A stretch of 55,769 nucleotides of DNA from Chlorokybus atmophyticus (Eukaryota; Plantae; Mesostigma and Chlorokybus algae): contig RHPI01001010.1 in the NCBI GenBank assembly GCA_009103225.1, forward strand, positions 221,299-277,067. Direction: 5' to 3'. The position numbers and the translations under genes were made by a program. The notes under the pieces are model-generated. The model searched no databases, had not been told where the DNA came from, and saw nothing but the letters and a program-made list of their open reading frames with translations. Of the stretch, positions 36,270 through 47,000 are shown piece by piece. Numbering within the stretch: the first letter of the stretch is position 1; the number at the start of each line of letters is the position of its first letter.

Positions 36270-38935
36270 CACGTGACTGCGTGAGCATGGGGTCATGTTG
36301 CACGACTACGCTTGTGCAAGCGAAGCGAGTCCGGTACTGAGAGTGCGAAGCCTGGATATCTAATGCAAACAACCTGGCGTATTCGAGGGACCTGTAGCAG
36401 CAACCTCACACATGTCACATCTGTCCATTGCGAAGTGACTCGGGTAGAAGGCTCTATGGGTGTACCTACCAGAGCTTGAGGTCGTCACTGTCGCAGGGGA
36501 GGGGAAGCCGCAGCAAATGTGAGAAACTGCTGCTGCTGTTGCGAGCGGCAATTTTAAGCACACGCTTGCCAGCATGACTACTGCCGAGGCAGCCTTTGTG
36601 TGAGTCTTCGCTGACGCTCGCTGCTGCTCAAGCATATAGCTCACGATACAGCCGCACACGACAAAACAACAGCACAAACACTATTAGCACGCAATGAATT
36701 CATCGACAGGTGGGGGGGCCAGAGCAGAGCAAAACTTGACTTCAGAACCCTACTCTAAGACTTCTAAGACTCTAGGACTCACGGGCCAAAAGCCCGCACT
36801 ACAAGACCCTTAAGCAGCAGCAGTGGCAGCACGCACCGGGGGGGGGCTTAAAACGTTACAAACAAGAAATGTGAGTATCCTCACATCTCATTGGTCTCAT
36901 ATACTAGCAAGTACTCGAGCGGGCAGCTGATTGGCTNGGTTAGGGTAGCTCCAGGCAGCTCATATGCTTGAGCAGCTGTGACGGACGACGCTATCGCGAT
37001 ATGCATGTCAATGGTACTGTAAGAGGCTCTGTACAACCTTTCAGTCAGGCTGCAGCTGTCCGTGCATGTGCGCACTTTCAGGGTGCTCCTATCAGTTGCA
37101 CAGCTGCATCCTGAGCAGTTGCGTGAATATGCATGTAAACCGAACGTGTTGTCCTTGGCGAAAGTAGTTCAAGACGTATGTGTGCCGTTCCGCCTAGTGC
37201 TGCATAGGCTAGAAAGAACAAGTTTGGCAGCATGTCTAGCTGGTCGTGCAGGCGTTGAGCAATATTGCTTCTACCATAAAATCACTGACCTCTAGAAGCT
37301 GACGGGGATGTTGGGGAAGGAGCAGTAGCCGCGCGCGCGAACGTTGCGTGTTAGAGAAAGGTGATGTCGTCGGTGAAGACAATGCGGACAGGGAGGGAGG
37401 TGGGGAGGGAGGGAAAGCTGTTTGTGCGGCATTCTGAGCAGCCTGCCTCACCTGGCAGGCTGCTCACGATGTCGTTTGCCACCTCCATGTCAAAGTACAA
37501 CGCGCGTCGTTGCGCACGCAGCCTGCGAACTCGGAGTTTGTCGATGCGCAACAACAAGCGCAGGGGCGCGGTTACTGCAAACCTTGGCCGAATTATTGTT
37601 GCGGACGATGAAGGGCTTGGGGTTGTTGTGAGCGCATGCGGGGGCGGCCGCAGCTGCAGCCAGCAGCATCAGCAAGAGGAGCGGGGGGGAAAGTATGTGC
37701 GCACTTGGTCACCATGGTGGTAAAGGCTGCGCTGCACTCACAGGCGGCACATGGTGTCGGCAACGGCAGTGCACCACGTGGTAGCTTGGTGCCCCTCCGC
37801 GGGGAGGGTGGTGTTTGGGGGGGGGGGGGGNGAGAGCATGCACGCACCTCCGAGGCGCGTAGGCTAGCACGGATATGCCCCCACACCGCCACCGCGCGAG
37901 CAGAGCGCGAGAAACCAGCTCGCACACGAAACTCTCTCTTGCTATTTGTATCCTATCACACTCCCTGTCGCTCTGAGTGAGCGCCATTTTGCAGGCTCTA
38001 TCTGCTCGCTTTTGCAGAATTCTTCAGTGAGATTTGCGGGCGCAGCTGCCACGTGACAGGTGCCCCTGGCAAAATTATTGACATGAGACTAGCACTAATG
38101 TTAAAGCTTGAATTGTGTTGCAGCTCCTCGGCAGCTATTGTAACAAGGTGTTGCAATTAAGTTGGTTCATATCATACCAAGGTAAGCCGTCCGCAGTGTG
38201 TGCCAGTAGCTACTAGCACTACAATTTCTTATGGCACACACTGTGGACGCACTCCTCTTACGTACATGATTACTTGACACGCACAATAGTCTGGGGCAAC
38301 GAGCTTCTCCCAAGCGTGAAACTTCAACGGCGGGAAGGTACCAATGCACGTAGCATAACGCCGCTCACACGCCACTCATCTCAGGTCAAGAGGCTCCGAA
38401 GCCCCTTGACCTGTTTGCGGCGCACGACAATCAGCTGACCAACTTTGCTATTACGTATGCGGCTTATACGCATACGCACGCAACTGCTCAGGCTGCAGCT
38501 GTGGGACTGCTGCCACTGGTGCTGAGAACTGACAGTGCGCACATGCACGGACAGTCAGGTTGCGCAGAGAGTACCAGCGAAAGACGACAATCGCGATTCG
38601 CTTGAGCAGCTGCGAGCATTACTGAAAGATCATGCAGGCTGTTCTGGCGGCAGTTGTGCTGGCAAGCGTGCCCTTAAATTGCCGCTTGGAAAGCAGCAGC
38701 AGAGTTTCTCACTTCTGCTACGGCTTGCCATCCCTTGCAACAGTGACAACGACCTCAATATCTGGTGGGTACACCCACCAGAGCCTTCTGCCCGAGTCAC
38801 ATCACATGATGACTAGCAGTGATGTGACATGCGCAAGGTTGCTCCATAAGCCAGGTTGCCCGCACTCTCAGCAGTGGACTTGCGCTTAAGCTCGGGACGT
38901 CAGTGCAGCATGACCCCATGCTCACCCGGTCATGT
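36270..38935. repeat. Diverged inverted duplication (~36270-37280 versus ~38420-38935) of an unidentified gene-like segment
   Basis: gtgagcatggggtcatg (36281) is the reverse complement of catgaccccatgctcac (38909). gtccgtgcatgtgcgcact (~37058) is the reverse complement of agtgcgcacatgcacggac (~38534). Moderate overall identity. Confidence 0.75.
37351..37715 (-). pseudogene. Possible secreted-protein gene start (signal peptide), frameshifted at a G7 run
   Basis: MVTKCAHTFP(shift)LLLLMLLAAAAAAPACAHNNPKPF. A downstream exon-like YFDMEVANDIVSSLP|gtgagg. Function not recognised. Confidence 0.35.
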
Positions 38936-39247
38936 GCATGCCCAGGGGTCAGGTGATAATCCACCACCGGGGTCAGGGGGGTGTTGTGTTTTCCCGGCGC
39001 ACGAAGCCGCAGCGGTAACGGCTGCGGTGGGCGGGGAGGGTGTGTCTCGTCTGTGCTGATGCCGTCACAATTACCGCCCAAGCAGCATGCGGCAACGGCG
39101 ACTCGCGCCGTTTTGCTTCCCGTGACTCACGGGCCGTGAGCGCAGCTTTGCCCGCCCCATTTCTGTAACACAAATGAAAGGTATTTATATAAATATATAT
39201 GATATCAAAGGTGAAATATGTATGCGTATATATATATAATATCATTG

Positions 39248-39442
39248 CCGTTTCAAGCGACCGTTCCGGTTTGCAATCCGCGCGATTGCAAGTTTGCAAT
39301 CCCGCGGACTGCGGTCGACGGTCGCATGCACAGTGCGGACGCCGCCCGATCTTCGCGCGCGGGCATTTGTAACCAAACCCAGGGTTTGCTAGTTAGCAAA
39401 CCCTGGGTTTACGCGGAAAAGAGAATAGTCGCCTGGAAACGG
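39248..39442. mobile_element. Tc1/mariner-type MITE (~195 bp) with an internal perfect hairpin
   Basis: ccgtttcaagcgac versus the reverse complement of gtcgcctggaaacgg. TA after the right end, TG before the left. Hairpin aaacccagggtttgcta-gt-tagcaaaccctgggttt at 39375-39410. Confidence 0.6.
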
Positions 39443-40838
39443 TATTAAAGAATGCCGTCGCGCTAAGTCGCTTGGTGGTACGGCGTTCGCGCCCGCTGCT
39501 GCACCAGAGGCCTCACTTAGCCTGGCATACATGGGAACTACGACTGGTTGTATGAGCCGCAGCCATGCTATCAGCCTGAGCCTGCCGGCGGGGGTGGGGC
39601 TGGCCGGGTGTGTGTGGGCGATGGGGTGGGGCGAGAGGCAGTGAGGCTGCGGTGGCCCCATCTCTCTCTTTCCCAAGCTTAACGCGCGCGCCGCCGTGCG
39701 GGAGCTGTTAGCGGGAGCTGGCTCAGGATGAGCAAGTGTTGAGCTGCCGTTGCAGATTTCAAGGTCAGCTGCACGCTAAGTCAGCCGTGGCAAGACGTTT
39801 GTGTGTGATTTTTCGTGTGTGCGTGTACGTGAGGCGTTAGGCTATGCACAGTCGGCTGCAGCTAAACTATCCTGCCCCAGCGGCGGCCGGCGCATGATTC
39901 AGTCTGGCAAGCTGTGTGGTTGCGGAACTGTTCAGACTGCATGTTTTACATATATACGTCTGAAATGCGAGATCCTTGCTGCTGCTTGAGGCCGCGAGCA
40001 AGCTCTTTTGCTTTTGCTCGCTACTTAAGCAGCCGTGCAAAGGCGTGCTGCATGGCTTCTTTGCGATTGCACGCATGAATATATTAAGTAGCGTAGTAGT
40101 AGTAAAAGGTCAATTTTTATTGATTGAAAAGAGGAATATCGGGTTTGCAAGCAGCATTCGCTGAATGCCGGCGAATACCGTCTGATATCAGCACACCTGT
40201 ACTGTCTGGCATGCGCACATAGTTATTCTTCGGCCACCATGTGCAAGCTGCCTACGTGTCAATTCAGGCGATCCAACACATGTATACAGCCGTCACTGTC
40301 ATTATTTGTGCAGTCAAGGTGTGTTGCAATGCAAAATCCGCTTTCAAACACAATGCGTATTGCTCAGGCAATGTCCACTGCAGCGTCAACCAGCATGGTA
40401 GAGTGACGGGCATCTATCGGCAGAGATATGCTCGTTGCAACAAATGCATTATATAAGGTAACATCAGCATGCTGATGGTATAACATATAGTCTACCATCA
40501 GCATGTTATATTACAACACGTGCATGCAGCACTGCGGCATGACATTGCTTACCACTGCCCTATTTTGGCAAGTCATTCGTGCTTAGCACACGAGTATGTA
40601 TAGATGGCCACATTTGAAGCTTTACTATATTACTATATTGGGTACGACAGTGGTATTGATGATGAGCTATGTATGTGCTGGTCACAAGGATTGTCCGTCT
40701 GCAACTGTGCACGCAGGTCGCTAAACGCTGCTTGTGCTTTGCGTGGCCTTGGTGGCGCCGCTGCTTGCTGCACACGCTTCTTTTCACCTGCTGCAAGTCT
40801 AAAGCAGCCGTAGAGGAACACAGGCAGCCACAGCAAGA

Positions 40839-41081
40839 GGTAAGGCTAACCAGCTGAGGCCCGGCGACGTCATCCAGTGCCGAGAGTGCGGCTACCGCAT
40901 CCTGTACAAGAAACGCACGAAGCGAGGTGTGTGTGTTAAGCATGCGAACGAGATTTTGTAGATGCGGTTGCATGCACTACAACCGTGCATACCTACCGAG
41001 CTTTTGCACGCATGCGAGGTTGACACTTTGGCTTCTCTTTGTGTGCGCTCTTTGGCAGTCATTCAGTATGAGGCTCGCTGA
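40839..41081 (+). CDS. RPB12: RNA polymerase I/II/III common subunit RPABC4 (RPB12); only the C-terminal two exons are recognisable
   Basis: [29 protein letters not shown]|VIQYEAR* with an intron at 40927-41058. The first CxxC exon was not found with certainty. Confidence 0.85.
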
Positions 41082-41405
41082 GCAGTAGGCGAAGGTGTCG
41101 GCCGGATTACGCAGAGAACGGCGCCGTCATGTAAGCCTGTGCACTGAGAAGTGAAGCACTTCTACTGTACTGCAGTACTTTGCAACTATCTGTACCGGTT
41201 CATGTACATACACTTATCAGTGGCCTGCATGCTAGCACAGTGGTCTTTCAGAAATGCACTATGTTGGCACCACCATGAAGTATGTGTATAGGCTTGTGCT
41301 TTTATTGAGTTTAGCTCACTACTGTATGGCTCAACTGAAGCTGCGATTAGCTTTGCAGTGTTTGCATAGCCTGGTGCATAGTGCACCAGCTATGCCTGCG
41401 ACCCA

Positions 41406-42645
41406 ATGTATACTTACAGGTTAACAGGAGGTAGCGAGGAGGTGCTGGACTTAGCTGTGGAGCTTGTTCTTGGTGACGACCTGCTGCCGTACATCTTGCG
41501 CTGTCTGTCCGCGCAAGAGCTCTGCAGTGTAGCGTGCGTGTCGCCCCGCTGGAACGAGCTTTCGAAAGAAAGCGGCTTGTGGCACACGCACTTCAAGCAT
41601 GCGCATCCGCAGCTTGGAAGACAGTTGCAGCCTTCCGGCCGCGCAGATTGGAAGCGACTTTATAGGGCTATAGGTGCGACTGCATTGATGCGTGTTGTGT
41701 TCTTGCCTGAGGCATGCAGAGCTTGATGCTTGTTTGCAGATAATGTACATAAGAGGCTGTCAGCGGCAGACTTTCTCCCTATGGATGGAATAGATTCATC
41801 TTCACACAAGTTGGATATGACAGTCGGACACACTTGTCATACGTTCGCTGGGATTTGGTAAGTATGCTGATAATGCTGGCGTGTTTTTGGAGTGGTCTGC
41901 ACTTTTGTCATCGTCCCCGGCTAACTCAGTTCTTTGTGCGTGTAGGAGCAGTGCTCCTTCGCCAAACCCAGATGGCAGTGAGTGGCTGAGGTATCATCTC
42001 AAAAATGGGCCTGCAATCATCCAGTCCGTTGCATTGCTGCCATTCGCCTCAGGACGGTAACTGAGTAGACTCTTGGTGTTGTGCATGCTTGGCATACAGA
42101 TAGCTGGTCATTATTTCGCCTTGCAGTTTACGCACTACACTCTTCACTCATACAGGTGTTATGCGCCAAGGGAAATACAGCTCTTCGCTGGCATGTCCCT
42201 AGACAGTTGTGACTATGCAGGCTTTCCAGACTACCAACCAGTCAGAAATGAGTCAAGTGAGTATGTGGGCACGTTCGCTCCCGTTACCTCATGCTGTGGC
42301 TGCGGCAGACATGTGTCTTGTGCAACATACATCATGTGGAGTGCATGCAGTTGCTTGTGTGCAGCAGCAGTGAGAGTCCTGAGTTTTGAGCCATGCAGTC
42401 TTGCCTCAAACTGATTTGTATTTGGACAATTTAGCACTTGTGGTCTTGGCTTGGCATCATAGTGAGGCTGAGCTTGCACTGCAGGCATGCAAGGGTTTGC
42501 TATGCCTGATCTGGTTTTTGGAGAGTATGTGAAGCTGGACCTGTTCGGCTACTACGAAACGCATTTTATGCAGGGGCAAGAAGAAGACTACTACCAGTGC
42601 CTGCACCGTGTTGTGCTCCGTGGCGTCTCCTGCTCCTCCGGTTAG
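41406..42645 (+). CDS. F-box protein, At4g00755-like family (5 exons; the true start may lie upstream)
   Basis: F-box DDLLPYILRCLSAQELCSVACVSPRWNELSKESGLW. Phase-consistent exons 41406-41673, 41740-41857, 41946-42056, 42156-42256 and 42485-42645 give WSSAPSPNPDGSEWLRYHL, CYAPREIQ and FAMPDLVFGEYVKLDLFG...YYQCLHRVVLRG. Confidence 0.8.
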
Positions 42646-43202
42646 TTGTGCATTCGATTTGCATGACAGTCTCGCTTATGCGCTGTGAATCCTCTCCATA
42701 GTCTTGGTGGTTTGGCAGATGACATCCAGGATGATTACCTGAGGGAGGTTCTGATGTCCTGCGCCAGCAATGCACAGTGAGTGTGACCCAGCGGAGTGCA
42801 AACGCTGTAGTCCTGCTTGTGTCATCCTCCTTGCCACCGCTTCAGCGGCTGAAGTGGTGGCAAGGATTTAGCCTGGTGATTTGCCATCTCGTCATGAGGT
42901 AGCGGTCCGCACAAGGATAGTGGCTGGCAGACGCCATCAACCTAGCAAACTCACATCCTTAAGTATGATTTCACCCTTATATGCTATTGCCTTCATCTGT
43001 AATTCACATGCGTGTTACTTGCATGTCAGCATCTGCTGTAGTTACTTGAGCAGGGGTCCTGTATTGGACAGACTATGCATATGTTGTGCCATGAGTGCCC
43101 GTTGGTTTGCGTACTCAATTTTGTAGAATTCTGTACATGTGCGCTTCTTGTTTCAGTACTCATAGAGATGATGATGTTTGGTGTGCTCTTGTTGCAATAC
43201 AG

Positions 43203-43482
43203 GTTACAGGAGGTTGCAGAACCCAGCGACCCACTGCAGAAACTGACTACAGAAACCAAACCACCAGCCGCAGCAAATGACGCAGCTGAGGAGGTTCATG
43301 CTGCCAATGTGCCTGCTCCCCAAATGGATGAGCGCTCGGAACAAAGGGGGGAAACGGAGGCACAACCGGTTGTTGCAGAACTCGGTGACCCACCGCAGAG
43401 ACTTGCTACACAAACCAGCCCACCAGCCACAGTAGCTAAAGAAGCACCTGAGGAGGCAAGTCCTGCTGTTGATGTATACTGA
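43203..43482 (+). CDS. Acidic Pro/Glu/Ala-rich terminal exon of an unidentified gene
   Basis: Open frame LQEVAEPSDPLQK...EEASPAVDVY* after a cag acceptor. No recognisable domain. Confidence 0.35.
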
Positions 43483-44089
43483 CAATGATACACGTGCTAA
43501 GATCAACTTCTTGATGAGTCGAAGCATCAAGGTAGAACAAAAAGTGTTGCAGGTTGACATGTTCATTGCAAGCAGGGATCACATAAACTGCAGCTTAGCT
43601 TAACACACGTCGGCGCACCAATGATACCACTGTGTCTGTGAACGTTAGCGAATAGTCAGCCCAAGCTGTAGGTGCTTGCCATGTGTTCCTTTACCGAAGC
43701 ACAAACAACACAGCACACAACTTGTTGCACGTGTACACATGCATGTTGCATGCTTTGCCATCCGCATGCGCAGGTACTTACATTGCCGACATTCTGTCAG
43801 GAATCCGAAGGGATAACCAGTTCAAGGCCATCTTCTGCCCATGGCCATGTCAACAGCAGCTTATCAACACCCAAAGGTCATGACCACCAAGACCGACAGG
43901 TACCCGGACAAGGTCACAGTAGCACAGCATGACGATTGGTTGGCAATTTCTCGCAAGCCGCTAGGTGCCTACTGACGGACCTGGAGGGAAACAAATCAAT
44001 GTCAGTTCAACATGGTGAACTGATATTCATACGGTTCACCATGGTACAATTGAACCTGATTTCCATAATGTCTGCAGGACTCATCTTCA

Positions 44090-47000
44090 ATGGACAGAAG
44101 CTGGAAAACAGTGTCTTATGGAGCACAACGACTACTGGCTGTATTAGTAACATACGCTCTACTATACATGCTGGTAGGGCCTTTTATGCAGTGGTCTAGC
44201 CCGTCATTGAATTGGGGGATCCGGAATACAGACCAAGAGCCCAGAACACGGGTGCGTTGTCGCTGCTGCAGCTGATAAGGCATGCACACATGAGCTGGGA
44301 TAAGTGCAGTTCATCACTCTCGCATGCTGAGCTCAGGAGTGCGGCACACATTGAGTTCGTTTTGTCACACTGGCTTCAGACATTGCTTGTCGCAGTTATT
44401 GTCCAGTGAAAAGGAATCCAAGGAGTTGGTCGAGTATGTGGTAGACTTGCGCCACCGGCTGGATGGAAGCCTGGTCAACTCCACACTCGTTGATCAAAGC
44501 AAGGTGCGCTTGAGTTTATATGTACGATACCTCAGTCCATGTAGGAGCTGGGATGACCCTCGTAGTTTTCATTGCAAGCTTGCTCCTTGTGCTGCGTATG
44601 CGTTACTGGCCAGGGAGACGATGCTGGGTTTGTTGTTGTACAGGACAAGGTTAACTGGGACGTCTTCATCAGCCACAGGGGTCCAGACGTCAAGCACGAC
44701 TTCGCAACAATGCTGTGGTGGCATCTTAAACGCTTTAGTACATTCCTTGATTACAGGAGCTTGAGACTTGGTGGCAATGGCTTGGCTAATATAGCTCGCG
44801 CTCTGCGTATGGCGAATGTCACAATAGTCATCTTGACCCCTGGCTTTTTTAAGAGCAAGTACTGCATTGCCGAGCTTGAGGCGGCATTGCGCTACAGCTC
44901 AGAGGGCAGCCCAACGTTGCTGCCTGTGTTTCTTGGACAGGACGTAAACGAGTTGACTGATGAGGTCAGGGACAACCTCAATTGCAAGCCTCAGGAGCTT
45001 ACCCTCTGTGAGGCCTGCGTTCTGCTGGACAAAATCACAGCAGTGACAGGAATAGTTGTCCAAGGTCCTTGGGATGAAGCCATAAGAAGCATTGAGGTCA
45101 GGGTGGATGAGCTGCTTAAGGTATGTTCGTTGCATTATGCATGCACTCGTTGTTTGTTTACCGCCTTAGTGCATCACGTGCTCTTGCAGTCAAAGTCTGC
45201 AACACATGGATTGCTTACCAAATGGAGGCATACAATCCATGAGGAGCATTCAGCGCTGGAGTCCCGCACTGACGTTGCACTGGAGCATTTGTCTGGGTTA
45301 CGGTGCAGATTGAAAGATATGAATGCAAGCCTTCAGTGTTTGGTTGAGAGCGCTTATGAGCGGGCTTCAGCTGCAGTGGTAACTGAAGCTGACATGCACA
45401 AGGACAAGTTTACCAAAGGTGAGTTGCAAGCTGCTTCTTAAGCTTGCCGCAGGAGGCTAATAGCTTTGATACGTTCCACCACAGGAAACGAAGCCCTTGG
45501 GCAATTCCTGCTGCTTGTGCGCGAAGCACGCTTCTGTGTGTTGTGGACGCATTGGTGTTGCGTCACCAGTAGCGCTTTGGCATTGCTTGTGCCCGGTTTG
45601 CACGAGTATCAATGGCGTTACGATGAAGACTATAGTGGATTGAAGGCCATTAAGCTTGCAGCGTTACTTGGAGAGAAAATGACAGTCTACAGCGCTGACA
45701 CATGCGATGAAGTCAAAGTCGCTGACATGGTCCGGGACGTCATGATGAGCCCGCGGCATACCAATGCCCGTGCTGCTAAGGAATTCACCAGTGAGTTGTT
45801 GAGTCAGTTTTCTGTGCAGCACTGATCCGTCATGAAGTTGCTGTGAGAGTCACATGACAATGGGCAGGTGGTGCGGTTTGTTCAGAAACTCTGTGATTAT
45901 GTCACTGGCACAACGGTTGGCACCTACGCCCTTGTCCAGTGCACATACAGCCTGTTTCTTTGTGTTGCAACTGCCCTGCGCAGGTGTTATCAGAAGCACC
46001 AAAGGGTATCTGGACGATGTTTGCAGCACCATCCTTCAAATGAACATACGGCTTAAACAAGATAGTGCAAGCACTTGTACAAGCATATGGAAAGAGCGGC
46101 CCGCATCATGCCCCCTGAATGCCACCTTCTTGGACGATGCTGAACAGCGGATGAAATTGGAGTTCACCAGACTGGCCACGCTGTTGCATGCTGGTCTCAA
46201 CTCTGAAGATTGCAGCATTGGGCTACAGCTTTGGCACTTGGCCTTAACAACCGGCACCAACGCTGGTGACCGTTGGTGCGTGGAGGACTTTCTTAAGAAC
46301 GATTTCCCGCGCTGGTGGCTAGACAACCGGCCTACGCATGCTGCAGGCCTTCCTATTTTGAAATCGGATAGTGGTGGTAGTGACACGAGCGCCTCTGGTC
46401 TGCGCTGTGATATTGAACAACCCAGCCCTTTGCAGAAGGCTTTTGTTGCTATGCAAGGAGCTCACGCCTATGAGAAAGTGGAACATGCCATTGGGCGCAT
46501 TGTATTTTTTCTGGATGTGAACACGTCTGATCAGGAACGGGGGGAGTTACTGAAGTACGTTGCAGACACTGTGCGGCAGTCACCAGGAGTGTTTGGGCAG
46601 CTGAAGGATGCTGATGTGCAAAAGCATTCCGTCTTGCTATTCCTTGAAGTCCTTGCGTTGCCTGCCGATCTTGACAGCTTGCAGGCATCAGCCATTGAGT
46701 GTTGGAAGAATGCCATGCTTCATGCAATGGGTCGGCAGCATTTCCCTTTCACCATTCAGCTGGGCAGCTACCGATTTGTAGTGGTCTTCGAAGGTTCGTA
46801 CCTTCTCGGTTGCCAGCAAATAGCAGTTGCTGTAGTTGGTGCTAACCTGCATCTGTGCTCTCGCAGAATCTGTGCTGCGCAATACCTTAACAAATCAGGA
46901 TGTGCCGGCAATAGCGAGCCTCAACGCAATGCAAGGTAGCTCATGGTTGCATGCGTTAGCATATATGTATGGTATATCGTATATATGCATGGTGATGCAG

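Noticed and set aside
36938-36946. ggttaggg as an interstitial telomere
   Set aside because: Barely more than one unit and adjacent to an N, so it is expected by chance.
43960-44110. Ubiquitin-like fragments (LTDLEGNKS; LIFNGQKLEN)
   Set aside because: Too short, with the spacing incompatible with a full ubiquitin fold. The better-supported frame at 44090 encodes the TM exon.
45823-45846. Two in-frame TGA codons after TIR-gene exon 5, suggesting a pseudogene or stop-codon read-through
   Set aside because: Both lie inside a well-formed intron (GTGAGT at 45791 to gcgcAG at 45983) whose removal restores the frame.
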